Of a stretch of DNA of 64,000 bases, positions 53,642 through 64,000 are shown piece by piece. The notes beneath the pieces are model-generated. The model searched no databases, was not told the origin of the DNA, and was given only the letters and a program-made list of their open reading frames with translations. This DNA is from Eledone cirrhosa (taxonomy: Eukaryota). The stretch is taken from assembly GCA_964016885.1 (NCBI GenBank), contig OZ024742.1, positions 159,526,001 through 159,590,000 of the forward strand, given 5' to 3'. A program made the translations under genes and the position numbers. Position 1 is the first letter of the stretch; each line of letters starts with the position of its first letter.

Positions 53642-54170
53642 TAATATTAAAATATAAGTATTAATAAAATAGATGTTCTTTTGATCAATTACATTTTATT
53701 ATACATATTTCGGATGTACAACAGTACGTCCTCGTCAGACAAAATATAATGATACATGACATACCCTGAGATGTTAAATGGTTAAGATTTAATCAAGGTA
53801 GTGATTAACCCAAGAGAAAATTTTACTTATATCCTATTTATGAGAAAATGCGAAAACGTAATAAATTCATTAGAGAATGTGTGAGTAATAAAAAAAAAAC
53901 GTTGCATATTGTATCTGTTCTAAAAGTTTTAAAGTGTATGATACTACGATATATCTAGGAAAACGTCTCATGAATCATAACCGCCATCATAACAGTGATT
54001 GGGTTAATCACTACCTTGATTAAATCTTAACCATTTAACATCTCAGGGTATGTCATCTATCATTATATTTTATCTGATGAGGACGTACTGTTGTACATCC
54101 GAAATATGTATAATAAAATGTAATTGATCAAAAGAACATCTATTTTATTAATACTTATATTTTAATATTA
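53642..54170. mobile_element. Inverted repeat (about 170-bp arms, about 190-bp spacer) with one hammerhead per strand
   Basis: HHR 53693-53745 (-, CUGACGA) and 54067-54119 (+): auuuuau CUGAUGA ggacguac-uguu-guacaucc GAAA uaugua UA auaaaau. Confidence 0.88.
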
Positions 54171-54284
54171 TATATATATATATATACAAATAAATTATCG
54201 AGAATCGGAACTTCGGCCCACGAAATAACGAAACACAATCTTCGAAATGTGTGGCAAAGTGCTCAATAGTTTGGATAAACCAGA

Positions 54285-54313
<29 letters not shown>

Positions 54314-54319
<6 letters not shown>

Positions 54320-54520
54320 AAAAGTGAACAACACAAAATATAACTACTCCATTACCAAAGGTTTCTGGATCCCAGACAATATTAATATACGTCTGGATCG
54401 GTCATCAGACAGATAACATTTCTGTCTGATGACCGATCCAGACGTATATTAATATTGTCTGGGATCCAGAAACCTTTGGTAATGGAGTAGTTATATTTTG
54501 TGTTGTTCACTTTCTAATTA
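54314..54520. mobile_element. Near-perfect palindrome (about 100-bp arms, 7-nt loop) with one hammerhead per strand
   Basis: HHR 54348-54413 (-) and 54421-54486 (+): ucugu CUGAUGA c...gaucc-agac/gucu-ggauc...a GAAA cc-uuu-gg UA augga. Confidence 0.85.
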
Positions 54521-54613
54521 AATAGCTCTGTTCTATACATAGAGCATTCTTTTTTCCTTTGCTTTTTATTCGGAATTACCTAACACACACACACAGACAC
54601 ACACACACACACA

Positions 54614-54678
<65 letters not shown>

Positions 54679-54683
54679 GTATA

Positions 54684-55043
54684 AATGTATGTATAGTATA
54701 TTTGGCAATATACCGTATGTTTAATTAAAAATATTTAGAAGACGTTGCGCTATCATTTTTAAGGTAGTGACTATGTCACTTACTTATATCTTCGGCAAAT
54801 GCTGGAAGAGTGGCTGATAACTATCTCTCGCTGCTTGGCGTTTATCAAAGCTACGCACTCACCTGCATTTGCCAACATTATAGAAGCTGGATTGTTATGG
54901 AATTCCAGTAATAATCACGAGCTGATTATACAGAGCGATTGCCGGTCCAGTAAAAATTAGTTATTGGTATTGGTGCTGAAATAGCGATGTATACATGAAT
55001 GTATGTATAGTATATTTGGCAATATATCGTATGTTTAATTAAA

Positions 55044-55044
<1 letters not shown>
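54684..55044 (+). mobile_element. (TA)n-flanked unit with 47-bp terminal direct repeats (period 314) and a decayed HHR-like fold
   Basis: aatgtatgtatagtatatttggcaatat...ttaattaaaa at 54684 and 54998. The helices ggcaaatgc/gcatttgcc and gagtg/cactc enclose CUGAUAA...cAAA. Confidence 0.5.
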
Positions 55045-55082
<38 letters not shown>

Positions 55083-55086
<4 letters not shown>

Positions 55087-55800
55087 CCAATACAATTTGT
55101 TTTTGTTGATTTATTATCTTAAGTCAAGATAGGCAAAATGTAATATTATTATTAGTATATTTCAATCTAGCTAACTTGGTCATTTACAATACAAACATGA
55201 ATATGTTGGTATTTGTGTTTATCAAATATATTAATTTATATTAACCTGTATTAGACGGCTCGGAAATACACTTTCTTTGAGCTATTTCATTGTAAAAGAC
55301 TGCCTGAAATTTGAACTCATTATTATTGATTTATCACTGCTCCTTCGTTGAGCTGAATTTAGCCCCATACAAACGGCTGTTATTTCTAGCAGCACGAGTA
55401 TGTGACTAGCTAGACACTGGATAACCACGTGAAATTACCTCGTGCGCTAAACAGTCTTTCTAAATATTTTGAAGTGGAACATACCAATTTTTATAGTGCT
55501 TGCTGAGGAGATCAAAATGTGGTATTTCTTCCACTTTTTCATTATTCGAAACATATTTGGATTTTAAGGTTTAAACCTGTCTACGGAACAGGTTTGATTT
55601 TGAAATTTAAATTTGTCCAAGCACCACGGCCATTGCCAATACAATTTGTTTTTGTTGATTTATTATCTTAAGTCAAGATAGGCAAACTGTAATATTATTA
55701 TTAGTATATTTCAATCTAGCTAACTTGGTCATTTACAATACAAACATGAATATGTTGGTATTTGTGTTTATCAAATATATTAATTTATATTAACCTGTAT
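55083..55800 (+). mobile_element. Retrozyme-like partial tandem: 169-bp direct repeats, period 549, hammerhead at 55496-55624
   Basis: Repeats at 55083-55251 and 55632-55800. gugcuug CUGAGGA ga...uc GAAA ca...ug UC caagcac. (TA)n on both sides. Confidence 0.8.
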
Positions 55801-56442
55801 ATATATATATGTATGTATGTATTTATGTTTGTCGGGTCACTCTTGAATGCTACTGGTAACATGTAACCCAGTACAACTTGTCGCATGGTCGGGTCGTCGG
55901 TGACTAAACCGGCAACCCCACCATCTTTACTTGGTGAGGAAGGTGATTTTGGACACCCTGCAGGACAAAAAACAAAGGGCTGAAGAACTCATAAGAGTCA
56001 ACGGCCATCCAAAAGTGTGTAAATATGTATATACACATGTACATATGTATGTATATGTATATGCGTATATACATGGGTGCATGTGTGTATATATGCGCGG
56101 GGACATAGAAATAGTCAGGCTGGACACCCGATCGCGCAGTTAAACCAATGGGAGTGAAGGACCCCTAGCCTTTGTCGGGGCATTCTTCTAGGAGAAGGCA
56201 ACTCAGGAAACTGGCATAACTCCGATATAAAACCTGCGGCTCAGTAGTTACTGATGATGTTGATCTTTTCTTCTTTTCAGGTTATAGCTACTGTCGCTCA
56301 GAGAGTGGGATTGGCTCAGTGCACAGTCTTTCCTCACTATAAAAAATATCTTCACGCACAGGCATTGCACGATAGAATTAATTGATAATTATTAATAATA
56401 TTATATCATGCAATGGGCATACTCGATAATGAGGTGGCAGCC

Positions 56443-56475
<33 letters not shown>

Positions 56476-56539
56476 TGTATGTATGTATGTATGTATGTAT
56501 GTATGTATGTATGTATGTATGTATGTATGTATGTATGTA

Positions 56540-56586
<47 letters not shown>

Positions 56587-56672
56587 CAGATAGGGTGTGG
56601 TAAAATACCAGGTGGACCACCATAGTACTTGATACTTGGGGTAGTAGAGTGGGTAATATGAAAAGATTCAGG

Positions 56673-56768
56673 ACCCCGACGGCTGAACTCCGGCCGTTTC
56701 GACAGCTAGATCCGAACTAAAGCACCAGTATTCGAACGGCGGGAATCTAGCTGAACTTATCAAGGGGT
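56673..56768 (-). ncRNA. Hammerhead with U3-A8 variant core
   Basis: acccc UUGAUAA g..cagcuagau/aucuagcug..c GAAA cggc-9nt-gccg UC ggggu. Confidence 0.8.
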
Positions 56769-56919
56769 AACGTCCATATATGGGTATACAGTCAGAGCAG
56801 AAAAATCTTAAAAGTTAGTTGTTTATTTTTGTTTTTCCCCGGGAGTGGTCAGCGATCTGGCGTTCACCTTAGATCAAATGACTAGTATAGTCCTGCTAAA
56901 TGTCGTGTATTTTATTTAT

Positions 56920-57684
56920 TACATTCAATAAAACCAGCCTTAATATATTACAGGTACTTTTTTAGTTGAAAGTAAAGCTAAATTTAAATGCGTATGTTAA
57001 AATATTAAAACTAAAAAAGCTATAAAGAAGTTAGTTTACTAATTAAAATGAAAATCTGGAACGTTCGTGCATTTCTCAAGGACCTTAGTAAAGTTAGCTT
57101 CAATCCAAACTACAAACTAAATTGTGCCTTCAATTCACCAAGATTTTACCCCGCCTACTTGTCATTGACCACATGTCATTGACCTATGTCATTGACCACA
57201 CCTCTTTCGACAGCTTTGAGAATAATTTATCCAGTGAAAATAGAAATAAAGAAACCAGTTGAAATCTATCGATATGCAATAATAATGACCTAACTTCCTT
57301 TTGTTCACCAGTTGTATAAATATAAGTACTTCGTATTGATAGGTTTATTAGTGAAGATTGGTGGATAAAACTGTAGATAAGTTTGAAAAACAAATACAAG
57401 TTCCTGATCCTGTTTAAACAACATTGTAATAAAGCTGGCTATATAATCTATTGTTTTATCAACAAAGTCATCTTTTTCAAAGACAATATAGACAAAAAAA
57501 ATCAACTGGCTTCATAAATCTCTGAAAAGCTCCTGACATTATACCTTCCAGGATAATCAAATCAGAACGAAAGTAAACAGCATTGTTTGTAGGAAAACAC
57601 CTCAGATTGGACAAATTTCACCTGCAACTGAATTTTACGTGTCAACATAGTAACAGTAATGGCTCTTAAAAGTAAGTGAATTAT

Positions 57685-57765
<81 letters not shown>

Positions 57766-59199
57766 TGTAATTGTTTTAATAATAATGAGTTTGAAACTAC
57801 TGAAACTGGCTTGTGGTGTCATTGCTTCTGAATTACCATTATTTCTAACTTTGCCTTTCATCCTTGCAGGGTCGATAAAATAAAGTGCCAGTAATTGCTG
57901 GCCTTGTGCCAAAAATAGAAACAATTATTTCAGTATGAATGAGAGAAATGTAGAGCGAGAGAGGGTGTGTAGGAGATAGAGACACAGATTTACTTGGACT
58001 TCCTGTCGTTTCGATCCCACTACATAATATCTTATGTAAGGTTCATTTATCATAGCCTCGGGTTTATTCAAGCTGCTTGAGAGAAATTGTTTTGACGGAA
58101 ATTGTTAGGAAGCCTTGTCACACACTACATCATGCTTAATCTCACTGAGAATTTGGCAATCGTGTCTGTAAAGTGCTCAGCTAATAGCAGACTGTGCGAG
58201 AAGAAGCACCATTAAAACCGGTGAAAATTCATTTCTATTCAGATTTCCATTTCGTTTACTTAACTATATTTCTTCCTACATAAAACTGTGACTTTGTACC
58301 AATGTCAGAAATTAACATTTCTATATAAACATTTCTATATAAACATGTTTAACTATACTGAATAACAATAACAACAATACCAAGGTTTCTGAAATAATAC
58401 ATCGTAACTATGCTTGTGAGATGGCTTTGTGTTTAGAATGTACAGCTTAAGATCTCAAAGTCGAGAGTTCGATTCTCGGCCAAAGCGACGTGTTGTGCCA
58501 TTGAGCAGAACGCTTTATTTCATGTTGCTCCATTTCTCTCACATGGCAGAAATGAGTTATACCTTTAATTCAAGGAGATAGCCTTGTCACACATTATGTT
58601 ATGCTGAATCTCCCTGAGAACTATGTTAAGTGTGCACGCGTCTGTGGAATGCTCAGGAACCGACATACTCCAAGATTGTCTAGATTTTCTGTCACTCTTT
58701 AAACTTTTTCATGCTTACGTTTCTTATTTTTTTGTAAATATAAATATTTCATCGCAGCGACAATTAAAAGGAAATTAGTTATTTGTGCCTGATTAGATGA
58801 CAATATTATCGAAAGCCGTCACGAAGTCAACCCCTAAAAGCTTAAAAGGGAAGCACTGTGGAAAAAAAGTGCCCCAAAATGGGGAGATTTTACATAATGA
58901 AAGCTATACCCATTTTCACAAAAACGGGGAGACAGGGAAAAATGATCCAAAACGGGAAATCTCCCCGTCGGGCAGGGAGAGTTAACAGATTTGATATATA
59001 CTACAGCTATATATGACTGCTTGAGCAACTGCTTCAATATCCAATTGTAATGTTGTAGAGTGTTATTCACTTAACAACTCATTTTCGTCAAAGAACGTAA
59101 ATTACCCCTCAAATATTTCGTTGTCGTGATCTTGAGATATATGAAGTCAGATAGATAGATTTGAAATTCCTGCATCTATTCTACTTTCGTCCTAATGGA
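56920..59199 (-). repeat. Right arm of the inverted segmental duplication (partner 22833-25379)
   Basis: Reverse-complement identity throughout, with several indels. Confidence 0.9.
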
Positions 59200-59499
59200 T
59201 AAGGCATATGCATTCCTTAACTTTTTACGGAGATTATAACTAACAACGAAGCTTTTTAAATGTATCTGGATAGGTTTTAGTGAACTATTTTCCTTGTTTT
59301 CGAGAGAATTGTGGGAAATCCAGTTGCTGAGTAGAAGCTCATTTCATCGGGCGCTGATTGGTTGACACATGTAATTCCAGCACTGCACTACAATCTTCCT
59401 TAATCGAATGTTGAAACATCCTTATGAATGCGTTTAACACCGAAACACTCACAATTTACATGTTTGAACAAGATAGGGAAGACGCTTTTGAATTGATAA

Positions 59500-60240
59500 T
59501 GCAACATTTAATCTACTGCAGTGACTTCATCTAGGAAAGATCTGTATTCAGACCCCCCCCCCCCCTCCCAAAGAGACCTATCTTTCAGCCTAAGCTTCAA
59601 GAGGAAAATCCTCCCTCCTAACGGAATCCAGTCCATAACATATTCTGACAGCCGAGGGCTTGTGAGCATCCCCGCTCCCGCCTGTGCAGGCATTTCTGGC
59701 GCAACACCTGAATAGTGAAGTTTCCATCCTCCATCCAAATCTACAGTAACAGAGCCCCGGGCCTTTGGTGAGGAAACCCTATCTCATGATTTTATCAGCT
59801 TCAGCATTCAGTAATTAGAAGGGAGGTAGGCGCAAAAGCCAAACTCACTATCTTCAATTCGTATTTGTGCCAGCCTCTACCTATGGTTATGAATCTTGGG
59901 TAATGACCGAAAGAAGACGATCACGAATACAAGCGGCATAAAAGGGATTCCTCTGAAGGGTCTTTAGAGTAACGTTACTCGATAAAGTGCATCAGAGAAT
60001 CACTTCAGGTAGCGTCGCTACTTTTCCGAATTGAGAGATCACAGCTCCGATACTATGGGCATGTGGTTAGAATGTACCAGGAAAGAATCGCTGGACAGAT
60101 TTTTCAGACAAAACCGATCGGCAGGAGACCCAGGCGTAGATCCCGAACAAGACGATTGGATAACATCCATGAGCTTGGCTGGTCGCTCTTGGGGATCCAG
60201 CCGGATCATTTGGAGAGGGTGTTTCTGACAGGACCCGCTG
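59500..60240. mobile_element. RTE element with inverted 5' piece (APE on -, 59500-59810; 3' end on +, 59830-60240)
   Basis: WKLHYSG...AGAGMLTSPRL...GRIFLLKLR on -; LYLWLWIL/TYGYESW-type region and RSQLRYYGHVVRM on +. Confidence 0.7.
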
Positions 60241-61330
60241 GAAATGTAAAGAATTTCAGGTTTCAATTCTCTATTTTATAGTCATGATTTCGTTTTCTGT
60301 CGTCTAGTTTTCATTGAAGAGTTTCAATTTTTGAAAGTGTTATTTTTCAGTATTGATGATGTGTTCATTTAAACGATATGAAGAGTTTCATCTCGCATCA
60401 GTTTATTCTGCCCTTTGGAATAATATTTTTGTGAATCTTGGCTTTAACTCTTGGGAAATTTAATGCGTATAGCTTGCAATAGCAACATTTCACTTCAGTT
60501 TCGTGACTTTGTCTGTCATGGAGAGAATTTTGGATCAATTCTTTTAAAATTGAATTTCAGTGAGCTTTGTACCGGAGAGCTTTATTACTCCTTATGAAGT
60601 ACCAGGCAATGGTTTCTTTTGGATTACTCATTGTTAATTATATTGTTATGGTTCAAAGGCTGGTGGCTTAGTGGTTAGGGTGTCGGCTTACGGTCGTAAG
60701 GTCGTGAGTTTGATTCCCTGATCAGGCGGTGCTTTGTGTCCTTAAGAAAGACCCCTAATTTTATGTTGCTGCAGTCTATTCAACTGGTAAATATCTGTTT
60801 TGTCTATAATTTAAGAAGCCATTCTTGTCACACATTGTTATACGCTGAATCTCCCTGAGAACTACGTTAAGGATGCACATATCTGTGGAATGCACAGCCA
60901 CTTACATGTTTAATTTCACAGAAGGTAGTTCTGCTGATTGAATCAACTGGAGTACTCATCTGTGGAAATAACAAAGTTCCAACAACATAAAAAAAATCAC
61001 ATGCGTCACTTTCACTTTACATAGGTACAGCTTAAGTAAAATTAATTATAACTGCTAAGATTCAACTGTTGAGAAATTTGAAATCAGGCTTGCGTGATCT
61101 TCTACCATTCCCATGGTACATCACAACCTCCGAGAAGCAAAAGGCCAGGACGCTACTAGTATGTTATTTCTGCTTCTGAAGATAGAGTTGTGAAGGCTCG
61201 AAACATAGATTTAGGAACACTTATATTCGAAACTACGCATAAAGAACTAATAAAGAAATACAAAACTTTCCCATAAAAATGATCAAACTGCCGCTTAGTC
61301 CTGTTTTCAAAGCTGTTTCGTACTTATACA

Positions 61331-61400
<70 letters not shown>

Positions 61401-61560
61401 TTAGAAACACACAGATACATGCGGACACACACATATACATGAATGCATCCACACCCAGCCGTGAGTTAAGGGTGCCAACCTCACCGATGTTGCCCAATGA
61501 ATGACTGGGACAGACCAATCCGGTTGAACTAGACTGAACCAGTATCAGAGTTAAAAATAC

Positions 61561-62034
61561 ATTATGAAGAGAGAAGAAACATTTAGATATAATTAGTAAT
61601 AAAATGTATCATACCTAAACTGCTCCTAGATTCCTCGACTACGTAGTTTCGTGGCATAAACAAAAACAATACATCATACTTCTCGCCTCCTTCACCACCT
61701 CTTCTACGGCTTCGATATAAATACCCCCTCCGCCTCTGTGGTATTTTCTTCGGGGTTATAAGAGGCTTAGCTCTGTTTCTCGACCGTTATATCGCGTGAC
61801 TATCTCCCCCTCCGCCTTTTGGGATTCTTTCTCACGTCGTGTAGACGTGTTCTTGAGACTAGTAAAATGAGGTATCCTCTTGATAAGTCGGCAGACATCG
61901 CAGGGACTCTATATCTTTATGATGTATTGTTTTTGTTTATGCCACGAAACTACGTAGTCGAGGAATCTAGGAGCAGTTTAGGTATGATACATTTTATTAC
62001 TAATTATATCTAAATGTTTCTTCTCTCTTCATAA

Positions 62035-62036
<2 letters not shown>
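61561..62036. mobile_element. Inverted repeat (about 118-bp arms); the right side carries a U3-A8 hammerhead at 61875-61964 (+)
   Basis: uccuc UUGAUAA gucggca...ugccac GAAA cuacguag UC gagga. The left arm holds only the 3' half. Confidence 0.8.
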
Positions 62037-62129
<93 letters not shown>

Positions 62130-62158
62130 TGTATAAGTACGAAACGAAATATATATAT

Positions 62159-62838
62159 ATATTGTTATACTTTGGGAGGTTCATGTTGCCAATAAGAAAA
62201 CACACGCACCAGTTGCTTTCACTTCATTTTATTATAAATTTCCGGTTGGTTGGTTCGACAACCGAATGGTTGTTCATATTTGTCTAAACATTGCGTCTTT
62301 TCTGTGTGTACACACAGAAAAGACGCAATGTTTAGACAAATCACAGAGGCAATAAATATACACAGAAAAGACGCAATGTTTAGACAAATCACAGAGGCAA
62401 TAAATATAAATGAACTCCAACCAAAATTAAATAGAAAACATGAATGGAATAGCAACATCACAACTTATAATTAAGGACAAAATGAAAACATACACACATA
62501 GAACAAACAACTAACTAGTAACATGTAAATAAACAAATAAATAAACAAATAAAAACACACACAGACACTCGAATGTAAGACATGCGCAAACTAAGCACAC
62601 AACACACACTAAAACAAGATGGCGGAGGACAGAACAAAGGAGAGGCACAAAACAAAGAAAATAATCCCAGTCACTGAGAGGTCACAGAATGTGTGACGAA
62701 AGAACTTTGACAATATATGAACAACCATCTGGTTGTGGAACCAACCAACCAACCGGAAATTTATAATAAATTGAAGTGAAAGCAACTGGTGCGTGTGTTT
62801 CTTATTGGCAACAGGACCCTCCCAAAGTATAACAATAT
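62159..62838 (+). mobile_element. PLE 3' fragment (GIY-YIG tail) with inverted pseudo-LTR and degenerate HHR at 62670-62711
   Basis: RQITEAININELQPKLNRKHEW, with a 48-bp tandem duplication. About 125-bp arms start tattgttatact..gggagg, like the PLE end at 32835. Confidence 0.85.
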
Positions 62839-62890
62839 CGGTTTCAACACACGTTTTCAGATAAAGAATCTTGCTAAACAAATTCAGAAA

Positions 62891-62985
<95 letters not shown>

Positions 62986-63008
62986 CATGGGACAACCCAT
63001 GTAAACTC

Positions 63009-63096
63009 GCATATCTGAATACGTGTCGATTAAGAGTCGGGATCCGATCGCTTGACCAAACCCGAGCTGATCGATATAGAAACAATTGTAATATGC
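63009..63096 (+). ncRNA. Degenerate hammerhead (G8 reads U)
   Basis: gcauau CUGAAUA c gugucgauu/gaucgauau a GAAA caauug UA auaugc. Confidence 0.65.
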
Positions 63097-64000
63097 AATA
63101 AAGTTTCACAAAACGCTGCAATTCTTATTTTCTCTCTCTCTATCTCTCTCTCCCCCTCTCTCTCTCTTAGCAATAATTCACTTACTTTTAAGAGCCATTA
63201 CTGTTACTATGTGGAAGCTCAGTAAAATCGAAGTAACGATATACAATTAGGAATGTGCAGCAAAGCACTCGCTAAGGTTGTAGGCCTTAGAGTAATAACA
63301 TACGTTTAGACAGATTGACAAATTGAAAATTGTGGCAGGTAAACCTAGTCACATAATACCAAATACACGAAAAAACTAATCAGGTTAGACAACTGATGAG
63401 AGGAAACTGTAGTTTACTTGAAGCATTGTATATGGTATAAAGAATTAGAAGTTTGAAAGTCCCATCAATCCGGATTGGATAGATAAATAATCAAGTCATA
63501 AGAAACGAGGGGTGTTTTTTTACCTTAATTTATTCATATGTCCTGATATTTCACGGTTAATATCTCTTCTTCCGAGGAAAATAAACGAACTATTCCCGTG
63601 TCCGAAGAGGCTTGCTACACAATGCTGTCTGGTACTAGTTTTTTTTTTCTTTTTTTCTCAACCTATTTTGTTTTAAAATTAAAGTCTGGACACGTAGGGG
63701 GGGGGGGAGGTATTTTCCTTTAAATCTGCTTAGACACATATATACTAATATGCGCCGACACACACGAGCACGCAAATACGCAAACACGCATGGACAGAGT
63801 CGTGTGAACACATAAATGCAAATGCACGATTTCTCCTCTCCTCGGTGGATAATATGCTCGTATGTGGGGCCCTATGTGTCTTTATGTGCAGAGGCCAGTT
63901 GCCTTCTAAGTTAATTGTTGTGTGCCTAGTTCTATGCTAGGTATTGTGTACTTAATTCTAGTCTATTATTGATTTGAGGGTGTGTTCTGGCTATGATTAA

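Overview
Repeat-dense eukaryotic genomic DNA. The SINE/LINE content and the (TA)n/(CA)n/(CATA)n density suggest an octopus or other coleoid cephalopod (inference). There are no prokaryotic genes and no true CRISPR array. Most of the window is decayed transposable elements: L1/Tx1, R4/Dong, CRE, RTE, Penelope-like elements (PLE), a hATm-like transposase interrupted by a Charlie-like hAT, Helitron-like ends and tRNA-SINEs. One host gene is readable on the minus strand as three phase-compatible exons (14063-13739, 12395-12304, 6457-6321), encoding a signal peptide, a PAN/apple-like module and a mollusc-type domain. The main hidden signal is a population of short non-coding elements, mostly embedded in (TA)n tracts, that carry type I hammerhead ribozymes (HHRs). 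I count 12 motifs with intact or covariant cores, about 5 decayed motifs and several half motifs. They occur as head-to-head palindromes with one ribozyme per strand, as a 549-nt partial tandem (retrozyme-like), and as two unrelated motifs with the compensatory U3-A8 core. Also present are a 21-unit satellite whose variants preserve a dyad, and an old large inverted duplication. All structures were read by eye; no folding or database search was run.
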